Counted from the first letter of the stretch, positions 1-9,131 are shown. The stretch is 35,178 bases of DNA from an uncultured Acidobacteriota bacterium (GCA_963827655.1 CAWHCF010000048.1:1-35178); one strand, 5' to 3'. Numbers and translations are program-made. Notes: generated by a model not told the origin, from the sequence alone.

Positions 1-220
1 CCCACTGCGCCACGGCCTCGAGTACCCGTTCTGCGTCTGATCAAAGGGCAATACTTCAAATCCCTATCTTCCGCAGCAGGAGATCACCTTCAACCGCGGG
101 GAGAAGCCCGACTTCGCCCTCAGCGACGAGGGCCGTCGTTCGGCAACACGCAGGCGATCGGTGGCTGGTAGCATAACCCAAACAACCGCAGCCCATCGGC
201 AATGGCTTGTGGGACTGGCG

Positions 221-447
221 CTACCGGTGCTCGAGAAACTCTTCAAGTGATAGCCCGATGTCGTTCGCGATCTGCCGTAGTAAACGCCGGTGAGATATCG
301 CGTCCCGGGTGAAAAGGTACGGTAGTTACCCGACCGTCGGAATGGGCAAATTGTTTCTGCGAACCGCGCTGTCGCAATTCGGTGAAGCCCGAAGCGCTGG
401 AGAATTGCCACCACCTCACGAGGTTTGAGGACTGGCGGCTTGGGCAT
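221..447 (-). pseudogene. hicA: HicA family mRNase toxin with two +1 frameshifts (pseudogene or sequencing error)
   Basis: Joining three frames gives MPKPPVLKPREVVAILQRFGFTELRQRGSQKQFAHSDGRVTTVPFHPGRDISPALLRQIANDIGLSLEEFLEHR*. Extra bases at ccc 388-390 and aaa 282-284. The GSH motif reads GSQ. Starts 3 nt after the hicB stop. Confidence 0.85.
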
Positions 448-450
448 CGG

Positions 451-660
451 TCAGTCGACTTGGACGGTCTGAATGCCAACAAACTCACTTTCGAGCTCGG
501 GCTCACCGTCTTCAAGCAGCATGGATATGACCTCGCTAAGGTTGACATTGAGCTCGTCGAGCGTTTCGGCCTGGCTGTGTGCGCCGGGGAATCCGGGTAC
601 ATGCCCGACGTACAGGCCAGTCTCGGGATCGCGTTCAACCACCGCCGTGTAGCGTTTCAA
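451..660 (-). CDS. hicB: HicB family antitoxin (short form, no obvious DNA-binding domain)
   Basis: YTAVVERDPETGLYVGHVPGFPGAHSQAETLDELNVNLSEVISMLLE is the HicB partial RNase H fold. TTG start at 660 after a GAGG RBS; the track ORF is over-extended to 744. Confidence 0.9.
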   Translation of the reverse strand: MKRYTAVVERDPETGLYVGHVPGFPGAHSQAETLDELNVNLSEVISMLLEDGEPELESEFVGIQTVQVD

Positions 661-719
661 GGCACCTCTGGTAAATAGCAGTCTAAGTGTACAAGTTTCT
701 TTCCCGAGCTCTTCGCCAA

Positions 720-815
720 ATTTCATGCCGGCGATGAGCCGCAAGCGTCGTCATCACCCTTTCGACAGACCAATGTGGGCGCGTCGATTGTCGGTTCCAT
801 CGCGCCGTGTTAGGC
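720..815 (-). mobile_element. attC-like integron recombination site downstream of the TIR gene, degenerate R'
   Basis: Minus strand: GCCTAAC (R'') 4 nt after the stop, then GCGATG-G-AACCGAC ... GCGGCTCATCGC (L''/L' pairing with an extrahelical G). The expected GTTRRRY is replaced by ATGAAAT. Confidence 0.6.
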
Positions 816-820
816 CGCGT

Positions 821-1699
821 CTACTTGGTCAGCGCCCTCTCGATGGCTGCTGATATTTCATCGTAGACTCTCTCCTGCTCGCCCTCGGAAAGCGTCACAA
901 GAGGCGTCGGATTGATAGCCTGAAACTCGCGCAGCACCTTGTCGCGCCAGAATCTGCACGGCTTCAAGACAACCGGTATGATCCTCGTTCCCTGTTCCCT
1001 AGCCTTGGATAGGAGCTGCTGCAGCTCATTGTTAACGATGAAGTCCGACGCCAGAAAGTCGGCAGTTACCAACAAAACCGCCACCCCCGCGCGTCCGAGC
1101 GCCTCTTCGATCAGTGGCCTCCATTGATCTCCGGCGCCGAGTCTTTTGTCGGCCCACAGCTCAAGTAGGCCCTCCCTCTCAAGAGGCCTCAAGTGTACCT
1201 GCAGGCGCTCGAGGAAGGCCGAGTCTTTGTGACTGTAGCTCACGAAGACCGTACCTCGAGATTTCACAGTACTTGGACGCGTTCTGAACGGTTCTGGATC
1301 CCGGAGGGCCTCGGCGAGTAGTGGGCCAAGTCGTTGGGCAAACTCACGTAGCGATCCCAGGTCGTAGTAGAGGGTCCGCACACTCCGAAGGTCGAAGGGC
1401 ATGCGTTCCAGCTCAGAACTTTGTGAGACCAGGACGATCGGCTTCCTGAGAGCATGTGCGTACCCAAGCCGGTACATTACGTTGGAATTTGTTGTCGTGA
1501 TGTCGCAAACGATTAGATCGGCAGCCTCAATCTCTTCGTAAGCACGCTCAGTGATCGACCCAGCCTCCATCACTTCATCGAGGCGGTGTACTTCGGCTCC
1601 GACCGCGCTGCCAGCCGTCCGGATGGCGTTGCGAACTGCATCGAACTCTTCAAAGAATGGCTGGAACAGGAAGATCCTTTTGGATGGCTGTGTTTGCAT
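821..1699 (-). CDS. Nucleoside 2-deoxyribosyltransferase-like domain fused to a TIR (TIR_2) domain; candidate anti-phage protein
   Basis: N-terminal IFLFQPF...ADLIVCDITTTNSNVMYRLGYAHALRKP...PFDL is NDT-like (NxNVxYELG type). C-terminal VFVSYSHKD...LWAD...GDQW...FLASDFIVNNEL is TIR. Confidence 0.85.
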   Translation of the reverse strand: MQTQPSKRIFLFQPFFEEFDAVRNAIRTAGSAVGAEVHRLDEVMEAGSITERAYEEIEAADLIVCDITTTNSNVMYRLGYAHALRKPIVLVSQSSELERMPFDLRSVRTLYYDLGSLREFAQRLGPLLAEALRDPEPFRTRPSTVKSRGTVFVSYSHKDSAFLERLQVHLRPLEREGLLELWADKRLGAGDQWRPLIEEALGRAGVAVLLVTADFLASDFIVNNELQQLLSKAREQGTRIIPVVLKPCRFWRDKVLREFQAINPTPLVTLSEGEQERVYDEISAAIERALTK

Positions 1700-1706
1700 C
1701 TTGTCC

Positions 1707-1757
1707 GCCTAACCGGTCGCCGTGAGCGGCTGCCGCCGCTCGTCCACGTAGACGAGC
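1707..1757 (-). mobile_element. Right half of an attC-like site (L' and R' core) upstream of the TIR gene
   Basis: Minus strand GCCGCTCACGGCGACCG-GTTAGGC, then 7 nt to the ATG. Preceded by the hairpin GCTCGTC-N6-GACGAGC. No matching R'' visible at 1760-1807. Confidence 0.55.
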
Positions 1758-1807
1758 ACAGGTGATTCATTAACGCGAACAATACAAAAAAGGGTAGCTA
1801 ATCTTCT

Positions 1808-2194
1808 CTATCTCTTCTTCCCTTTTGCTTTTGCCCTTGCCAAATTTTCCTTTACCCTGAACTTCACAATCTTGTCTATCAGGTCGAAAGGAATTGGCTG
1901 ATCTAATGGAAACTTCACCGAACCCTTGGCTCCTTCATAAACAGAAAGCTCCTTCTTGAACTTGTCAATTCCTGTCGGCGTCGGATAAAACCCGATATGC
2001 TCTTTGAAAGCGGCAAAATGAACCAGATTACCCTTCAGAGTGAAGGTCGGGATTTGATAGTTGATGGTTTCTTCCGCGTCCGGCGCCGCTTTTCTGATCG
2101 TCATCCTGATCTTTTCCAGAATCTCTTGAACATCATTTGGGAAGCTCGCAATATACTGATCAATATTCTGGGGTGTTGCTGGTTTAGTTCTCAC
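1808..2194 (-). CDS. DUF1801 / YdhG-like protein
   Basis: IDQYIASFP...IRKAAPDAEETINYQIPTF...VHFAAFKEHIGFYP...KGSVKFPLDQPIP. GTG start after GAAGGAG. Visibly more AT-rich than the flanking genes. Confidence 0.9.
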   Translation of the reverse strand: MRTKPATPQNIDQYIASFPNDVQEILEKIRMTIRKAAPDAEETINYQIPTFTLKGNLVHFAAFKEHIGFYPTPTGIDKFKKELSVYEGAKGSVKFPLDQPIPFDLIDKIVKFRVKENLARAKAKGKKR

Positions 2195-2328
2195 AGTATC
2201 TCCTTCGTAGGTTCCTGAAAAACCTGGCGTACAGGTTTGTTTAGAGTCTCTCGCCAGAGTGACTGCTGGCAGTAGCTGGACAGAAACTCCGGAAAGAAAC
2301 CGTTGAACAAAACCTCTTTGCAACCGCC

Positions 2329-2901
2329 TCAACGTGTCTGCTCGACTTTTTCTTCGCCTTTGAAGCCGATTCGGCGACTGACGGTTTTCCCATCGGGGAA
2401 GTCGAGAAACTCCAGATAGAACTGGTCCTTGTCGTCCAGAATCAGCCGACCGGGCACAAATGTCTTACGATTTACGAACCTGATATAGGCTCCACCAGAC
2501 GCGTCCGCAACAACGTTGATGCGCTCGCGGTTCCGCGGGTCTCCAGTGCCGGGCGGTGCATCAAATCCCATAACCATTCGGCCGTTTGCCTGCAAGCCGA
2601 GTCCGAAGCGTTCCAGACCGTCGGGATCATTGATCACCAGGCCAACCGAAGGACTGATCCGTCCCCCTCCTTTGAGGTCAGGCACCGGGGCCCCAAGGAT
2701 AACCCGGTCACGGCCCTGCTCGTCTTCGACGATGAGTGTGCGAACTCGGACAATCCTCGCGTCCTGGGCGCTACTCGTCCAGGATGCCAAACTCAGCCCT
2801 AGCATTCCTGCTACGAGAGCGGCAGAGACAAAGCGTCCGGAGCGCACTCGTCTCTCGAGCGACTCAATTCGGTATCGTAACTCTTCGTGTAAGTCCGGCA
2901 T
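2329..2901 (-). CDS. Hypothetical membrane-anchored protein
   Basis: Short coiled coil (RIESLERRVR), hydrophobic segment, then beta-rich repeats (IVEDEQGRDRVILG, INDPDGLERFGLG). Start may be at 2901 or 2916. Confidence 0.75.
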   Translation of the reverse strand: MPDLHEELRYRIESLERRVRSGRFVSAALVAGMLGLSLASWTSSAQDARIVRVRTLIVEDEQGRDRVILGAPVPDLKGGGRISPSVGLVINDPDGLERFGLGLQANGRMVMGFDAPPGTGDPRNRERINVVADASGGAYIRFVNRKTFVPGRLILDDKDQFYLEFLDFPDGKTVSRRIGFKGEEKVEQTR

Positions 2902-2943
2902 AGGATTCACCATCATTAATTTGCAAGCATGTGAAGTTACAAC

Positions 2944-3031
2944 GGCCCTGACGGGGCTTCAATGGCGCGGGGCCTTCTTGTGATTGTTGACTGTGGAGCC
3001 GGGGCGCTGCCCGCAAGGCGTGGAAGCCCCG
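2944..3031. repeat. Degenerate REP-like palindromic element
   Basis: GCCCTGACGGGGC hairpin, GGGGCGCTGCCC, and inverted repeat CGGGGCTTC (2952-2960) / GAAGCCCCG (3023-3031). Confidence 0.4.
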
Positions 3032-3093
3032 GTTCGCCTGCAACGGCACTTTGCGTCTCTCATTCAGAAACTACGCAAGCGGCGTTCGCCGAA

Positions 3094-3124
3094 GCTGATA
3101 GCTGAGCGCTGATAGCTGACAGCT
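3094..3124. repeat. Heptamer tandem repeat (GCTGANN)x4
   Basis: gctgata gctgagc gctgata gctgaca gct. A related gtcagctgtcagct occurs at 24419-24432. Confidence 0.75.
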
Positions 3125-3292
3125 CAGCGCGGCCAGGCGTTTTTGATCATTTTTTGGGTTCGTTTTACTTCGATTACTTGGGCTTCTAATCAACGGGCTG
3201 CAACTCTCGACATAAAGACATTGCTCGAAAAACAAGATTTCACAGTCGTGTGATACGAAGACTCAGAATAAACGGTAAGCCGGTGGGGCTTT

Positions 3293-5791
3293 TTACTCGT
3301 GACGCAGTACTCGCAGCGGGTCCAGGCGCGAGGCCCGGCGCGCCGGCAGGAAACCGGCAGCGCAGGCCACCAGGGCAAGCAGGGCCGTCGCCGCAACGAT
3401 CGCGCGCGGGTCGTTCGGCGTTACTCCGTAGAGCTGGGCTTGAACGAAGCGCGAAAGAGCCAGTGATCCGGCTATGCCCAGACACGCTCCGATCCCTACC
3501 AGCACCAGCACTTCTCCCATGATCAACCAGACGACGCTGCCACTGCCCGCGCCCAGCGCCATCCGGATACCGATTTCCCGCGAGCGCCGGCCGACCAGGA
3601 AAGCCATGACTCCGTAAAGCCCGATCACCGCGATCAGCGTCGCCAGCGCGCCGAAACAGGTCGAGAGGCTTGCGACCAGGCGTTCGGTCGAGAGGTTGCG
3701 CACCACCTGTTCATCGAGGGTCCGCACTCCGACTACCGGAAGGTTCGGGTCCAGATTCCGGACGGCATTGCGGGCGGAGGCGACCATCGCCTCCGGCTTG
3801 CCGGAAGCGCGGACGTAGTACCACAAGGAAGTCGCCCAGGGCGTTTGCTGGTAGGGTCGATAGAATTGACGTCCGATCTCCTCGCGTATGTCCTGATACT
3901 TGAAGTCCTGCACGACCCCAATCACCTCGATGTCGGTCTTGGTGCCGGGGTCCGAACCCATGCCGATGCGACGCCCGACAGGGTCGCGCCCTGGGAAGTA
4001 TTGCCGGGCGAAGCGCTCGTTGATGATGACGACGCGGGGCGAATCCATGACGTCGCCCGGGCCGAAATCGCGGCCCGAGACGAGACGGATCCCGAGGGTG
4101 GAGAAGTAGCCGGAACCGATCCAGTTATTGTAGGCCCAGACATTCTCCCCCGGCTTGGGCTCGTAGCCCTCGACCGTAAGGTTTGAGTCCATCTCATAGC
4201 CGGAGACCAGGGCCATGGCGCCTCCGGAAGCCCCCTCAACGCCCGGGAGGGCGCGAAGAGTCTCCAGAAGTCGATCGTGGAAAGAACGCGTTCGCTCGGT
4301 TGTGTAGCCGTTGGCCGAGGGATCGAGATTGAACATCAGAATCCCCCCGGCGCGAAAACCTGGATTGAGCGTGTGAAGATTGTAAAGGCTGTGTACGAAC
4401 AAACCGGCCCCGACAAGAAGCAGCAACGAGAACGACACCTGAGCGACGACAAGCGTCTTGCGGAAAATCGCATGGACACCCGTAGCCACCGAGCCGGCCT
4501 GGTCTTTGAGTGTCACCAAAAGATCGGGCCGTGTCGCCTGGAGCGCCGGTGCCAGCCCGAACAGGATGCCCACCAGTGACGACACGCCGAGATTGAACAG
4601 CAGGAGGCGGAGGTCGATCTCGGGCGTAAACGTGAGCCGCGACACGTCAGTCGGAACCAGACGCAGCAGAAACGCCACGCTCCATCGTGCCACCAGAAGG
4701 CCGCCCAGGCCGCCGGCGACCGAGAGCGTCATGCTTTCGACCAGGAGCTGGCGAATGATCTGGCCACGACCAGCCCCGAGGGCGAGCCGGATGGCGATCT
4801 CCTTCTGCCGCGCCGTACCGCGGGCGAGTTGCAGATTGGCGAGGTTCGCGCACGCAATCAGCAGCACGAACCCGACCAGCGCCATCAGGACCCTCAGGGC
4901 ATTGCCGAACTGCCGGCGCAGGTAGGACTGGCCGGTTCCGCCTTTAAATACCGTCATGTTTGAAGCGAGAAATCGATCGCGCGCTTCCCTGGAAGCCCGC
5001 GCGAATCCTTGCTCCCGGACTTCCATCTCGATGACCTGCTTGTACAGTGGCTGTACGGCAGCGTTTGCCTGCTCAAGGCTGACGCCGGGCTTGAGACGCC
5101 CGAAGATCTGGAGGGTGCGGGTCCGGCGATCCTCCAGCAACTTCATTCCCGGAATCATTCTTTCCTGCATCGCGACCGGCACGAAAATCTGGGTAGCGCT
5201 CCCGAGTTCGACGCCGAAGAAGCCCTCGGCGGCCACACCCAGCACGGTAAAGGGCTGGTTGTTGACGACCACCGTCCCGTTGACGATGTTCGGGTCTGCG
5301 CCGAAGCGTGACTTCCAGTAGTCATAGCTCAGGACCACGACCGGGTGTCCGCCGGGCCTCTCGTCGTCTTCGGGGAGTAGCGGACGGCCGAGGGCCGCTG
5401 CGACACCCAGTACCTGAAAGTAGTTGCCGGACACCATCTCTGCCCTGACCCGCTCAACCTGGCCGCCGTATCCGAGACTACCCGAAGTGCCCTGGCGGCA
5501 AAGAAGACCTTCGAAGACTCCAGCCCGGTCGCGGAAGTCGCGGTACATCGGGTAAGACATCGCATTCAGGCCCCAGTTGGAACCGTAGTGCGAGCCCCGA
5601 GCGGCCATTTGAACGATGCGGGCAGGATCCTTGATAGGGAGCATGCGCAGGAGAAGCTGGTCGAGAAGGCTGAAGATTGCCGTGTTGGCGCCGATCCCCA
5701 ACCCGAGCGAAAGGATGGCAACCATCGCAAAGATCGGGGACCTTGCCAGGGATCGAATGGCGAAGCGAAAGTCTTGCCAGAGTGCGTTCAT
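3293..5791 (-). CDS. ADOP-type duplicated ABC transporter permease (MacB_PCD/FtsX x2), orphan
   Basis: LWQDFRFAIRSLARSPIF...LGIGANTAIFS, LLIACANLANL...RQKEIAIRLALGA, GLYGVMAFLVGRRSREIGIRMALGA, PARRASRLDP. Likely start MNALWQD at 5791. No adjacent ATPase gene. Confidence 0.95.
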   Translation of the reverse strand: MNALWQDFRFAIRSLARSPIFAMVAILSLGLGIGANTAIFSLLDQLLLRMLPIKDPARIVQMAARGSHYGSNWGLNAMSYPMYRDFRDRAGVFEGLLCRQGTSGSLGYGGQVERVRAEMVSGNYFQVLGVAAALGRPLLPEDDERPGGHPVVVLSYDYWKSRFGADPNIVNGTVVVNNQPFTVLGVAAEGFFGVELGSATQIFVPVAMQERMIPGMKLLEDRRTRTLQIFGRLKPGVSLEQANAAVQPLYKQVIEMEVREQGFARASREARDRFLASNMTVFKGGTGQSYLRRQFGNALRVLMALVGFVLLIACANLANLQLARGTARQKEIAIRLALGAGRGQIIRQLLVESMTLSVAGGLGGLLVARWSVAFLLRLVPTDVSRLTFTPEIDLRLLLFNLGVSSLVGILFGLAPALQATRPDLLVTLKDQAGSVATGVHAIFRKTLVVAQVSFSLLLLVGAGLFVHSLYNLHTLNPGFRAGGILMFNLDPSANGYTTERTRSFHDRLLETLRALPGVEGASGGAMALVSGYEMDSNLTVEGYEPKPGENVWAYNNWIGSGYFSTLGIRLVSGRDFGPGDVMDSPRVVIINERFARQYFPGRDPVGRRIGMGSDPGTKTDIEVIGVVQDFKYQDIREEIGRQFYRPYQQTPWATSLWYYVRASGKPEAMVASARNAVRNLDPNLPVVGVRTLDEQVVRNLSTERLVASLSTCFGALATLIAVIGLYGVMAFLVGRRSREIGIRMALGAGSGSVVWLIMGEVLVLVGIGACLGIAGSLALSRFVQAQLYGVTPNDPRAIVAATALLALVACAAGFLPARRASRLDPLRVLRHE

Positions 5792-5851
5792 GAGTAATGA
5801 GACGTAGGATCGGCGCCGTCGGTTAGCAAGACCGGCCTTCGGTCGAAAGGT

Positions 5852-5894
5852 TACCAAATACCACCAAGACACAAGGACACGAAGAAACGCTAAG
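5852..5894. repeat. Half copy of the 9-bp-periodic palindromic intergenic element
   Basis: taccaaataccaccaagacacaaggacacgaagaaacgctaag matches the arm seen at 15023 and 24481. Confidence 0.8.
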
Positions 5895-5906
5895 TCACGA
5901 CGCCGG

Positions 5907-8786
5907 TTACCTGGAGACAGCGCCCTGTTTCGGAACCAGGGCGGCGCTCGACGCAACCATCAGTCTCCAATTCTCGATCGGAGTCCCCCTCGTGTTCAGT
6001 CGAGACGTCAGGTAAAACAATCGCTGAGTTCCTGGAGCGTCAGGCGCCTGCTCAAAGCGCTGCATCAGGTAATAAGGCGGGATCGACTGGTAATACAGCG
6101 CCGCCTTTACAGTGAGCTTTGAAGCGTCAATACCCTTCGGCAACTGTGACATCGGGATCTCGTAACGCACGACGCTCGCGCCGCTGCCGTTGAGATAAAC
6201 CGGATCGTCCGCGGCTGCGCCTTCCGGAAAAGTCGAGTGCAGAAACTCTCCCGAGAATGAATTCGGCGCAGGCCCCTTAGCCGTCCAGCCCTTGGGCAGC
6301 AAGCGATTGTCTTTCGGAATCTTGTTTCGACGGATGAAGCTCGTGGTGAAGTCGCCGTTCGAGTCCGTCACCAGCTCCTCATAGATCTGAACTTGTTTTG
6401 CCGAAGTGATCGGATGCTCTTTGCCATAGAAGTGCGGCTGGAAGGGTCCCTTCTTGTGGCCGGCGGTCCCGACGTACTCGGTTTCGAGAATGTTGCCTTC
6501 GTTGTCGACTATGAACCCGGCTTCATTCGTTCGCCCGGAAGACCAAACGATCTTTGGCTGCCTGTTCTTCGGGTCGATGACCCGCGTGTCCATCACGTCA
6601 AGCTCAATAAATGCTCGCCGGAAGCCAACTCCACTCGGGAAGCGGTGGCCGACTTTGTTCGTGACAGTCACTTCGGCCGTGAGTCTTTGCGCCTGGATCG
6701 TCGGCTGCGAGACTTCAATGGTCGCGGTGTCGTTCTGAGCGGCTTGAACGAAATTAGAGATCGCGTTTTGCAGATCGTTGTCGAGCGTGCTCATGTAGTC
6801 GCTCTTGCGGACGCCCAGGATGCCATTGGAGTAATTCGGCGGCGTGCTGGCGTCGGGCGTCATGAACTGGTTGAACATCTCGAGCAGAAAGATGTTGAGG
6901 CCCTGCAGCTGGTGGCGCACGAATCCTTTGTCGCGGAATCGCGCGCGAATCTGATCGAACGGCGCGGTGTTTTCGGCCGCCGGATAGGTGTCATCCTGTA
7001 CGTCTGCGAACGCCGTTTGAATTACCTTCACATCGACCTTGTTGTGCGCGTTTGCGTAGCTGGTCGACATGTGACAATCCTGGCAGGACCTGGCATTCGG
7101 GCCGGGACTAAAATCGGTCTGATACTGGCTATTGAGCCATTCGAGATAAGTCACCTGTTCGAGGGAATGCCCGAACGGTTTTTGGTCCATCACCGGCAGA
7201 TTGATCGTGTGACAGTTGCCGCACAAGCGCGAATCTTTTATGTAGTCGTTGTACTTGGGATCGATACCGAGCGCCTCCTTCATCGGATGAGGCGAGATGT
7301 CCTTGTCTTCGAACGGGCCAAATATCTCGGAGGCTTTCCCGGTGGTGAACTGGCCGGTGATGTAGTGATTCAAGAAGTACTGAAGGGGATCCTGGCCTGG
7401 CGGCGTATGGTCCTTGACTATGTGATGACAGGAAGCGCAGCTAACGCCGTCACGCGCGAGCGCGCCATACTTGAAGTCTCTACTGGTGAGGTCGGTATTG
7501 TAGACGAAATCGAGCTTGAAGTTTGGCTCGGGAACTTTGTTATCCGGAGAAGCCGGATCATACCCGTTATCGGCGTCGAGCTGACGCTTGCCCATTACTC
7601 CGTGACAGCGAAAGCACATGTTGACTATTGTCTGCTGATCCGCAGGTCTGTCTTTCAGGTAGGCCAGCTCGCTGTCCAGTTGCGCGTAGAAGATCGGATC
7701 CCTTCCCGCGAGTCCCATCGGAGACCATCGCCATTCGCCGTAAGGCGACACGTTCACCGGGTTATTCGAGTTGCCTTCGAGAATCATCGTATACTTCTGG
7801 CCGAACCACGCGTTTCCGCTGTGGCAGGACATGCACGAATCGGACGTGATGAATTGTTCGGCGCCGCCGGGCCCGGCTACGACGTGGTCATATGTTTCCG
7901 CCGGCATCACCTGAAGGCCGTCGCGGATCGGCACGTCTTTGAAGAATTTCAGAAACTCGTCGCGGGCAGCCGGCTCGACGCGCGCCATCGCCGGCCTGAG
8001 CTTGAGCATTCTGTGACCGGGAGCCAGATCGGCGAGCACTTTCGACTCCGGCGGCGGCGGGTTTCTCCAGGTGTCGTCGATGAAAAAGCTGAGCGGATTT
8101 CCCGGGAAGCCCTTGATGTTGTTGAGCGATGCGAAGGTGAACTCCTTTTCCGAAGACGCATGGCAATGGAGGCACGTGAGTCCGAAGCCTTCGTTGAGCA
8201 CAGCAAACGGCGGCTTGTAGCTATCGCTCGGCCTGGGCATCGGCGGACTGCTGGTCCATAGGCCGCCCCAGAACCATCCGTCCTTCGACGCCTTCGAATC
8301 TTTGATCATCACGGTCCAGGAAACCGGGTCGAGTTGCTTCCCTTCGTATCTGGCGGCCGGAGCAGGCGCGTACATCTCTTTCACGATCATCGCGCCGTCA
8401 GGGAGGTTGTCGATGCGTCCATTGATCAGCCACTTCATAATCGCAGGCGAATAATAGACTCGAACCGCCGGATGAGTGCCGAGGTATTCCGAATCAATAT
8501 AGGGTCCGGTGTCTCGCACGGTTTTGTCGACGCACCAGCCGAGCTTCACGTATTCGGTGTTTTGAAGGAAAGCGAGGAGCTTGTCGTGAAAACCGTCCGG
8601 CGACATGGAACTCGGCAACGGCAGCGGGTTCTCCTTCGCGTCGGGGCACTGGGCTATTGCCGTCGCGGACTGCGTTTCAATCGACGCTATTGAGCCGGCC
8701 GATGCATTGCGCCCTGGTGCTGCGGTCGCGAAGCAGATCACGAACACGTAAAACACGAGCAGAAGAGACTTGATTGATTTACTCAC
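5907..8786 (-). CDS. Exported multiheme c-type cytochrome with N-terminal cytochrome P460-like domain (6 CxxCH)
   Basis: Signal peptide. P460-like VRVYYSP...LPDGAMIVKEMY...MIKDS...GWFW...CLHCH, followed by CMSCH, CFRCH, CASCH, CGNCH, CQDCH and a C-terminal NKVGHRFPSGVGFRR domain. Confidence 0.85.
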   Translation of the reverse strand: MSKSIKSLLLVFYVFVICFATAAPGRNASAGSIASIETQSATAIAQCPDAKENPLPLPSSMSPDGFHDKLLAFLQNTEYVKLGWCVDKTVRDTGPYIDSEYLGTHPAVRVYYSPAIMKWLINGRIDNLPDGAMIVKEMYAPAPAARYEGKQLDPVSWTVMIKDSKASKDGWFWGGLWTSSPPMPRPSDSYKPPFAVLNEGFGLTCLHCHASSEKEFTFASLNNIKGFPGNPLSFFIDDTWRNPPPPESKVLADLAPGHRMLKLRPAMARVEPAARDEFLKFFKDVPIRDGLQVMPAETYDHVVAGPGGAEQFITSDSCMSCHSGNAWFGQKYTMILEGNSNNPVNVSPYGEWRWSPMGLAGRDPIFYAQLDSELAYLKDRPADQQTIVNMCFRCHGVMGKRQLDADNGYDPASPDNKVPEPNFKLDFVYNTDLTSRDFKYGALARDGVSCASCHHIVKDHTPPGQDPLQYFLNHYITGQFTTGKASEIFGPFEDKDISPHPMKEALGIDPKYNDYIKDSRLCGNCHTINLPVMDQKPFGHSLEQVTYLEWLNSQYQTDFSPGPNARSCQDCHMSTSYANAHNKVDVKVIQTAFADVQDDTYPAAENTAPFDQIRARFRDKGFVRHQLQGLNIFLLEMFNQFMTPDASTPPNYSNGILGVRKSDYMSTLDNDLQNAISNFVQAAQNDTATIEVSQPTIQAQRLTAEVTVTNKVGHRFPSGVGFRRAFIELDVMDTRVIDPKNRQPKIVWSSGRTNEAGFIVDNEGNILETEYVGTAGHKKGPFQPHFYGKEHPITSAKQVQIYEELVTDSNGDFTTSFIRRNKIPKDNRLLPKGWTAKGPAPNSFSGEFLHSTFPEGAAADDPVYLNGSGASVVRYEIPMSQLPKGIDASKLTVKAALYYQSIPPYYLMQRFEQAPDAPGTQRLFYLTSRLNTRGTPIENWRLMVASSAALVPKQGAVSR

Positions 8787-8846
8787 GGTTGAGCTCTTTC
8801 TAAACCGAGTACCGCTGGGGGCTTATGCTGGATTGGGGAGCGCGCG

Positions 8847-8875
8847 ATTATACCTCCCGTTGCATGAGCGTTCAA
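8847..8875 (-). promoter_or_regulatory. Sigma70-type promoter for the multiheme cytochrome
   Basis: Minus strand TTGAAC-17 bp-TATAAT about 60 nt upstream of the GTG start. Confidence 0.6.
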
Positions 8876-8887
8876 TGGCGGCAGGTA

Positions 8888-8961
8888 TCGTTCAGAAGGG
8901 GCCTTTCGTTCAGGGCGAAGTCCCCGAACGAACCTTAGCGTCTTCGTGTCTTCGTGGTTAG
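8888..8961. repeat. Hairpin plus 9-bp-periodic arm element (type B)
   Basis: TTCGTTCAGGGCGAAGTCCCCGAACGAA hairpin followed by ccttagcgtcttcgtgtcttcgtggtt. Closely similar to 34839-34908. Confidence 0.85.
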
Positions 8962-9125
8962 CTTGCACAAAACCGTCACGATGCCGGTTGTACAGCGCAA
9001 AGGCAATTCCGATCGGATCGAGACTCTGCCCCAAGATATGCACCCTAGGAGCGCCGCGCTCACGGACGACAACGTTGTTTTCTCCAGCGGCCGAGAAGAC
9101 CGGCACGGAGCCGCAGGGATTAGGC

Positions 9126-9131
9126 TATAAT
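9126..9131 (+). promoter_or_regulatory. -10 box upstream of the SnoaL-like gene
   Basis: Perfect TATAAT 11 nt before a GGAG RBS; no clear -35. Confidence 0.4.

Noticed and set aside
1-90. GFEVLPFD on the minus strand as a PIN-domain fragment
   Set aside because: Too short and cut by the window edge to call.
6393-8261. 622-aa plus-strand ORF and other long antisense ORFs (10500-12026, 11716-13302, 15747-17051, 30801-31832)
   Set aside because: Antisense shadows of well-supported GC-rich genes with no recognisable domains.
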